From: Aciduliprofundum boonei T469
GTDB lineage: Archaea > Thermoplasmatota > Thermoplasmata > Thermoplasmatales > Aciduliprofundaceae
DNA length: 32,000 nucleotides
Reading direction: 5' to 3'
Assembly (NCBI RefSeq): GCF_000025665.1
Contig: NC_013926.1
Location: forward strand, 1,230,001 to 1,262,000
Shown: one piece after another, positions 27,273-32,000 of the stretch
How the letters are laid out: each line of letters starts with the position of its first letter
Numbering within the stretch: the first letter of the stretch is position 1
The notes under the pieces: model-generated
The model's input: only the letters and a program-made list of their open reading frames with translations
Databases searched by the model: none
Told to the model about the DNA's origin: nothing
Position numbers and translations under genes: made by a program

Positions 27273-27686
27273 CTATTCTTCCTTCCACAAATGCAAGTTC
27301 CCGTGGGGCACTCTCTCAAGCACATCTCCCTTCAATTCCTCTATGTATAACTCTGCAACGAATACTGTAGCTTTGAGAAGATGCCCTCCTTTCACACTTC
27401 CGTCCTTGTACCCCAAAATTGCATGGATATGGGAGAATGGCTTTCCCTCCTTTATGCTAACATTCCCTGTGGCTAGGAGAAGCTCATGCACATCTTCTAC
27501 CGCGATCTCCTCGTATTTCCCCTTGCTAATATCGAAGTACCCCAATTTTGCTTTCTTTAAGGAGCCAATAGCACTCAGAGTTGCCATCTTTATTCCATTC
27601 TTGTCGCAAAATTTATTCACATAGCTTACCAGCTCTTCATCCTCTGGAACTCTAAAAAGAAATGTTCTTCCCTTTTCATACTCCAT
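27273..27686 (-). CDS. PPC-domain (DUF296) protein
   Basis: 137 aa. The pattern FRVPEDEELVSYVNKFCDKNGIKMATLSAIGSL....LGYFD...HIHAILG...V.GGHL is typical of the PPC/DUF296 fold. Confidence 0.75.
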   Translation of the reverse strand: MEYEKGRTFLFRVPEDEELVSYVNKFCDKNGIKMATLSAIGSLKKAKLGYFDISKGKYEEIAVEDVHELLLATGNVSIKEGKPFSHIHAILGYKDGSVKGGHLLKATVFVAELYIEELKGDVLERVPHGNLHLWKEE

Positions 27687-27727
27687 TTACATCACCAGGA
27701 GAAAATGCCCTTGGTGGCATAAATAAT

Positions 27728-30082
27728 TTACTCAAAATCAAACAGCGTTTTTTTCTTTTTCTCCTTGCCAAATGCACCCAAGCTTATCTGCCTGCTTCCA
27801 GTGAGCAGATTTTCCTCATCCACACCAAAAACATCCGTAATCCTCGCTAATGTCTCTGCCACTCTCCTTGCGTAGTACCTGTAATCTGGCTTCCTATTAA
27901 ATTCCATTCCCGGTATGTAAGGCTCTACATCCTGCTTAGAGCCCCTTGCATTGACCACAATCCATGCAACTTTCATTCCGGGTATGAATTCTTGCCCCAT
28001 CTTTATCAATTTTCTTGCTGCTTGAACATTGGGCATACTATCTGGATTCTTGTAGAATTTGAAATCTTTCACAGTCCGAGATATGACCAAGCTTTCAATG
28101 GGCACTTTTCCAGCGCGAACCTTAGATACTATTTCTCTCGCCAATTCTATGGCACCTTGGATATCCCCATCCAAAATTTTTTCAAACACAGCTCTCTGTG
28201 CCTCGCTCTGCAAATCAAAAGAGTCAGTGCGGCGAATCTCGTAGCCGCGAACAACCATATTGCCCTTCTCCTCATCGGGCCATATTATCCTGCCCACATA
28301 CCTCTTCTTTGCCCCATGCGAAAAGAATGGCTCAAGAATTTTTTCAAATTCTAAAATTAACTTCTCTCTCCTTGATATTTCCTCCGCTTTTCTCATTCCG
28401 AACTCAATCGTATTCTCTAAATCCTCATATGGAGATTGGAAGAAAACACTATCTGTGTCTCCATAAACCACTTTTATTCCCTCGCTTTCAAGCTCTGCAA
28501 TTATTCTCTTTATTGTGTCCCTTGCAAATGCGGTTATGCTCGCCCCAATATCCGGATTTGTGAATCTGTAAAATGATGATGCTAAAACACCATAAAATGT
28601 GTTCATAAGTATTTTTACCGCCTTCTGCAAGCCATTATAATAATCTCTATTATCAGGGTCTTCCTTCATTTTCCGCTTTAACTCATCCCTCTTCTTCATG
28701 AGCTCTGCAAGAAGTTTTGGTATAAGCCCTTCTCTTTTCTCCTTGCTCAAAAATCTCACACCTGTAGGGCTCACTATGTCTCCATCTTTACTAAGCGTAG
28801 TGAAGCAGATATTGTACTTTATTATGATGCTTGGATACATACTCTTGAAATCTAAAACACATACCCAATGATAGAGACCAGGCTCTATTGTATGCACATA
28901 GCCCCCTTCTATCTTCCTGCTCTTTCTCTCCTGCCCTTGTAAAGGCACACCTATATTATGTCTATCTGCCTCCCTTATCAGCAGGGAATCTACCCAAGTT
29001 GAAGTGCCTGAATGTATAACATCCTCCAGCGGAAATTTTGTAACTGTGGCTAAATCAAGGTATTTATTTATTATTCCAATCTGAAGTAGAATTCTCAAAG
29101 CCAGCTCAGCATCTTTCTTGCAATACTCTATGACCTTTTCCTTATCTTTTTCCCACTCCTCGTCAATATTCGTTCTATCAACATCCAGCTTTCCCTCGCC
29201 AAATAAGTGCATGGCCACAGCTTGTAAAGTTTCTTGCTTTAATCGCAACTCTTTCTTCACAGCCCACCATGCATCTTCTATCACCCTTCCATGCAATCTC
29301 CAGAATTGCCCCACAATCCTCTGAGGCTTGCTCTTGTCTCTCCCTATCAAAAAATCCATCCCGTACTTCTTGTATCTCTCCGATAATAATTCTAAATCAT
29401 AACCATCAATATTGTACCCCGTGATTATATCCGGGTCCTCTTTCCATATCATCTCAAGAAATTTCCACAAAATATCTTTTTCATCGCCTTCAATGCTTTC
29501 TTTCCTTATCTCTCCATTTTCCCAGATGGCTATGCCTATGGTGAATATCCTGCCATTCTTCATAGAGTTCTCTATATCAAAACTGAGAATTTTCAATGGT
29601 GGTTTAAAATCTCCAATGTTCTCAAATTTTTCTGCATTTACTACGAGTTCCGTCGTGTATTTCCCCTTTTCTTCCTCCTTTCCATAAACTCTCACGCAAG
29701 AGCCAAGGTCAAAATCGTATATAAAGCGCTGATGAAAAGGAATATCAGCGGCGAGAACATCGCAGAACTCCAGAGCCTCTCTCCTATACCTAGGAGTTTT
29801 CCAAGGGGAATGCAAAGTGACTTTAACACATTTCCTCACCTTGCCCTTGTGCCATAACTCCACCTCTTCCATTTTGTATATCTCTGGGTCCTGCGAGAAT
29901 TTCTCTAAAATCGTGGATGGTGGTTCAACAAGGTAGAAGTAGGGCTTAAATCCCTTGTACCGAACCACTATACTTTTTCCTTCCCTCGTCTTTCCGTATA
30001 GTTCTACAACTACCCCATCTTCCTCTCTCGAATACGAAGCTGTTAGTAGCCGAACATCCCAGTACACATATAAACATCGCAT
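27728..30082 (-). CDS. polB: DNA polymerase, family B
   Basis: The motifs are Exo I (LSFDIEN), Exo II (ITGYNIDGYDL), motif A (DFKSMYPSII), motif B (KILMNTFYGVL) and motif C (VVYGDTDSV). The 784 aa are contiguous with no intein-sized insertion. Confidence 0.97.
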   Translation of the reverse strand: MRCLYVYWDVRLLTASYSREEDGVVVELYGKTREGKSIVVRYKGFKPYFYLVEPPSTILEKFSQDPEIYKMEEVELWHKGKVRKCVKVTLHSPWKTPRYRREALEFCDVLAADIPFHQRFIYDFDLGSCVRVYGKEEEKGKYTTELVVNAEKFENIGDFKPPLKILSFDIENSMKNGRIFTIGIAIWENGEIRKESIEGDEKDILWKFLEMIWKEDPDIITGYNIDGYDLELLSERYKKYGMDFLIGRDKSKPQRIVGQFWRLHGRVIEDAWWAVKKELRLKQETLQAVAMHLFGEGKLDVDRTNIDEEWEKDKEKVIEYCKKDAELALRILLQIGIINKYLDLATVTKFPLEDVIHSGTSTWVDSLLIREADRHNIGVPLQGQERKSRKIEGGYVHTIEPGLYHWVCVLDFKSMYPSIIIKYNICFTTLSKDGDIVSPTGVRFLSKEKREGLIPKLLAELMKKRDELKRKMKEDPDNRDYYNGLQKAVKILMNTFYGVLASSFYRFTNPDIGASITAFARDTIKRIIAELESEGIKVVYGDTDSVFFQSPYEDLENTIEFGMRKAEEISRREKLILEFEKILEPFFSHGAKKRYVGRIIWPDEEKGNMVVRGYEIRRTDSFDLQSEAQRAVFEKILDGDIQGAIELAREIVSKVRAGKVPIESLVISRTVKDFKFYKNPDSMPNVQAARKLIKMGQEFIPGMKVAWIVVNARGSKQDVEPYIPGMEFNRKPDYRYYARRVAETLARITDVFGVDEENLLTGSRQISLGAFGKEKKKKTLFDFE

Positions 30083-30103
30083 TGGGGGATATAATTGTTG
30101 CGA

Positions 30104-31777
30104 TTAAAAGGTTAGAACCCTCCCTACAGCCCAGTTTGTAAAGTAGGATACCATTATGCCTATCCAGACAAGCATGGAGAAATGCAGGTATATGCTATGC
30201 TTATGCGAACCGCTTACGATCTTTATTATCATTGAAGAAACGAGAGCATGGATAACTAAGAGAAGAAGAAATACTACATTTGCGGTTTGAATTGGAAAAT
30301 GAGCGGATAAAAGTGGAATATGTATGTATTTCTCCAGATTCACAGGATAGTATTTTATCATCGAGGCCATCATCTTCATCAGGTTAAGGGTTGTATAAAG
30401 AGTAAAAGCCATGCCTACCATAAGGCCATAGAGTATACCTGTTAAATTGGCTGCCGATTGGAATCTCTTCTTTCTCAAGCCTATCATCCTAACATAAGAT
30501 TCACTTATTATCTTGGAAATCCTTCTTGGATTTCCACCCATATCCAAGCCCGTGACAAACATATCTGTGAATTTTGAAATTAAATTGCTCCCCGTCTCTC
30601 CTGCAAAATAGCGCCAGGCCATTTTCTTGTCTATTCTTGTCAGCAGTCTCTTATATAAAGTGTCGATGTACTTCGTTAGCTTTCCAAAATCATGCTTTCT
30701 CAATCTCTCCATGGCTGTAACATCACTGCCCTTCGCTTCAATGTAGCTTCCAACCGCACGGATAAATGCATCATAGTTAGTATCGCAATTAATCAAATCA
30801 CTCTCTGCAGTATGAATTAAATAGCCAGGATAGAATAAAGGCACGATTGATATCGCAATCACAAGGGCCAATGGTAATCCTAAAAAATATGTGATTAAAA
30901 ATAGAATTATAACGGCAAGGTATGTGAAGGGAAGCACCCTAAGAAGTTTCATCTCATGTGGAGAGCGCACATCTTTTCTATTGTGCCAAACCTCATCCTC
31001 AGGTAATCTCACTTTAATAGCATAGAGCATTATACTCTCCACAGTCAAGAATCCTAAGAGGGTGAGGAAGAGGAATATCGTCATATCACCTGTGGTGAAC
31101 ATGGGCAGGATAGCAACGAATACTGCAAAGAATAGCATAGAGATGAGCATAGATACGAAAGTTTCTTTATAGACATCCATTTGAGATAGGGCAGCTTCAT
31201 ATTTTATGGCATATGTCTCCATAACCACCGTTCTCTCCTTCTCCAAGAACACTTCAAAATCCTCACCTGCATCTGCACTATGGGCCAAGCGATCTAAGAA
31301 ATCTGCAAGCTCTACACTTGGACATTTCTTAGCAACTATCCTTGTAGCATCGGGCAAGCTCAAATTCCAGTACTCCATAAGATTGTATATTTTTGCAACT
31401 TCATCGCTTAGGGCCCCATACTCCCTAACTTCCGAGAGAATTCTGAAAATCTCCTTTCTGGGTAATCTTGTAGATGCCAGAACGGCCATTCTTGTGATGA
31501 ATAGATGCATATACCTTTCAATTTCCTTCTTTCTCTTCTCTCCCTTCAGCAATGGGAAAAACATAACGAGCATTACGCCAAAAGCTGGAATCATATAGAG
31601 TATGATTATGAAAGGAAATTGTGTGAAAAATGATATGGCTATTGAGAGGTATATAGTTACAAATATCGTTGTTAAAAGTATGGGCATAGCGTACATCATT
31701 ATATATTTGCGCCAAGGAATGTCGAAAGAGGCGTATAACCTTGCAAATTTCTCCATGATCCCTGCCATTTTTATCAC
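30104..31777 (-). CDS. arlJ: ArlJ/FlaJ-family polytopic membrane platform protein (TadC/GspF-like) of an archaellum or archaeal type IV pilus
   Basis: 557 aa. TM bundles alternate with two cytoplasmic helical domains, the size is typical of FlaJ, and the start overlaps the stop of the upstream ATPase-like gene by 4 nt. The archaellum versus pilus assignment is not resolved. Confidence 0.7.
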   Translation of the reverse strand: MIKMAGIMEKFARLYASFDIPWRKYIMMYAMPILLTTIFVTIYLSIAISFFTQFPFIIILYMIPAFGVMLVMFFPLLKGEKRKKEIERYMHLFITRMAVLASTRLPRKEIFRILSEVREYGALSDEVAKIYNLMEYWNLSLPDATRIVAKKCPSVELADFLDRLAHSADAGEDFEVFLEKERTVVMETYAIKYEAALSQMDVYKETFVSMLISMLFFAVFVAILPMFTTGDMTIFLFLTLLGFLTVESIMLYAIKVRLPEDEVWHNRKDVRSPHEMKLLRVLPFTYLAVIILFLITYFLGLPLALVIAISIVPLFYPGYLIHTAESDLINCDTNYDAFIRAVGSYIEAKGSDVTAMERLRKHDFGKLTKYIDTLYKRLLTRIDKKMAWRYFAGETGSNLISKFTDMFVTGLDMGGNPRRISKIISESYVRMIGLRKKRFQSAANLTGILYGLMVGMAFTLYTTLNLMKMMASMIKYYPVNLEKYIHIPLLSAHFPIQTANVVFLLLLVIHALVSSMIIKIVSGSHKHSIYLHFSMLVWIGIMVSYFTNWAVGRVLTF

Positions 31778-32000
31778 ACCGTGAATGGCAGTTTCTCCAC
31801 TCCAAATTTCTGAAAATCCACTATTATCTTCACCACATCCCTATATCGGAATATGTTGTGCTCGATCATCTTCTTGATTATCTTTGCTCTGAGGAATAAA
31901 TCGTTGTATATCTTGCGCGGGTCATCATAACCCAAGAGTGGTGCAATTTTCTCCTCAAGGATGTATGAGTTATTCAAACCCCTGAATATATGCTCATCCC
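31774..32000 (-). CDS. arlI: ArlI/FlaI-like secretion ATPase, C-terminal fragment; the 5' part lies outside the window
   Basis: The frame stays open to nt 32000 (…DEHIFRGLNNSYILEEKIAPLLGYDDPRKIYNDL…). The NSY(I/L)LEEKIA segment and the position immediately upstream of the FlaJ-like gene match FlaI-type ATPases. Confidence 0.55.
   Translation of the reverse strand, partial: DEHIFRGLNNSYILEEKIAPLLGYDDPRKIYNDLFLRAKIIKKMIEHNIFRYRDVVKIIVDFQKFGVEKLPFTV

Noticed and set aside
27728-30082. An intein or split arrangement in polB
   Set aside because: All exonuclease and polymerase motifs occur in order in a contiguous 784-aa protein with no insertion of intein size.
1-32000. tRNA or rRNA genes, CRISPR arrays, IS elements or integrases, and box C/D sRNAs
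   Set aside because: The longest intergenic gaps are 84, 78, 77, 74 and 72 nt. All are AT-rich promoter regions without T-loop-like GTTCGAATC motifs. I noticed no spaced direct repeats and no transposase or integrase-like ORFs. An isolated ATGATGA near 28570 has no matching CTGA D box at the proper distance. A computational scan (tRNAscan, Infernal, a repeat finder) would be needed to be definitive.

Overview
This is a very gene-dense archaeal chromosomal segment. By my gene calls about 830 of 32000 nt are intergenic, so roughly 97% is coding. The archaeal origin rests on hallmark genes: a group II chaperonin (thermosome), family B DNA polymerase, archaeal-type SAM synthetase, Pth2, ribosomal proteins uS2 and L40e, archaeal-type ThrRS with an N-terminal editing domain, and ArlI/ArlJ-like archaellum or type IV pilus genes. 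The K/E/I-rich proteins and low G+C suggest a thermophilic euryarchaeon, but I cannot name the species from sequence alone.

I call 37 protein-coding genes, two of them truncated by the window edges. I found no tRNA, rRNA, CRISPR array, IS element or integrase. Most genes are housekeeping:
- Translation and central metabolism: the enolase-uS2-Memo cluster, thrS, pth2 and L40e.
- Cofactors: moaC-moaB, thiD and the pncA-pncB NAD salvage pair.
- Other: mat, hutI and a GNAT acetyltransferase.

The candidates most worth a second look are:
1. A very AT-rich operon of three overlapping genes at 5224-7575 (minus strand). It encodes an isochorismatase-like hydrolase, a TrxR-like flavoprotein without the CxxC dyad, and a truncated RlmN/Cfr-like radical SAM enzyme that lacks the resolving cysteine.
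2. A bacterial-type queA sitting directly upstream of the archaeal SAM synthetase gene.
3. A membrane-anchored serpin rich in N-glycosylation sequons.
4. A solo Cas4-like Fe-S nuclease translationally coupled to thiD.
5. A COG1031-type radical SAM enzyme with a CX7CX2C motif plus TRAM-like and HhH modules.
6. Several small uncharacterised genes translationally coupled to known ones.

None of these is demonstrably a new system from sequence alone, and all functional proposals are inference. There is also a recurring promoter pattern. A TATA-like box is centred 23-28 nt upstream of the start codon of first-in-operon genes, implying leaderless mRNAs. Internal genes instead use GGTGA/GAGGTG Shine-Dalgarno sites or ATGA stop-start overlaps.
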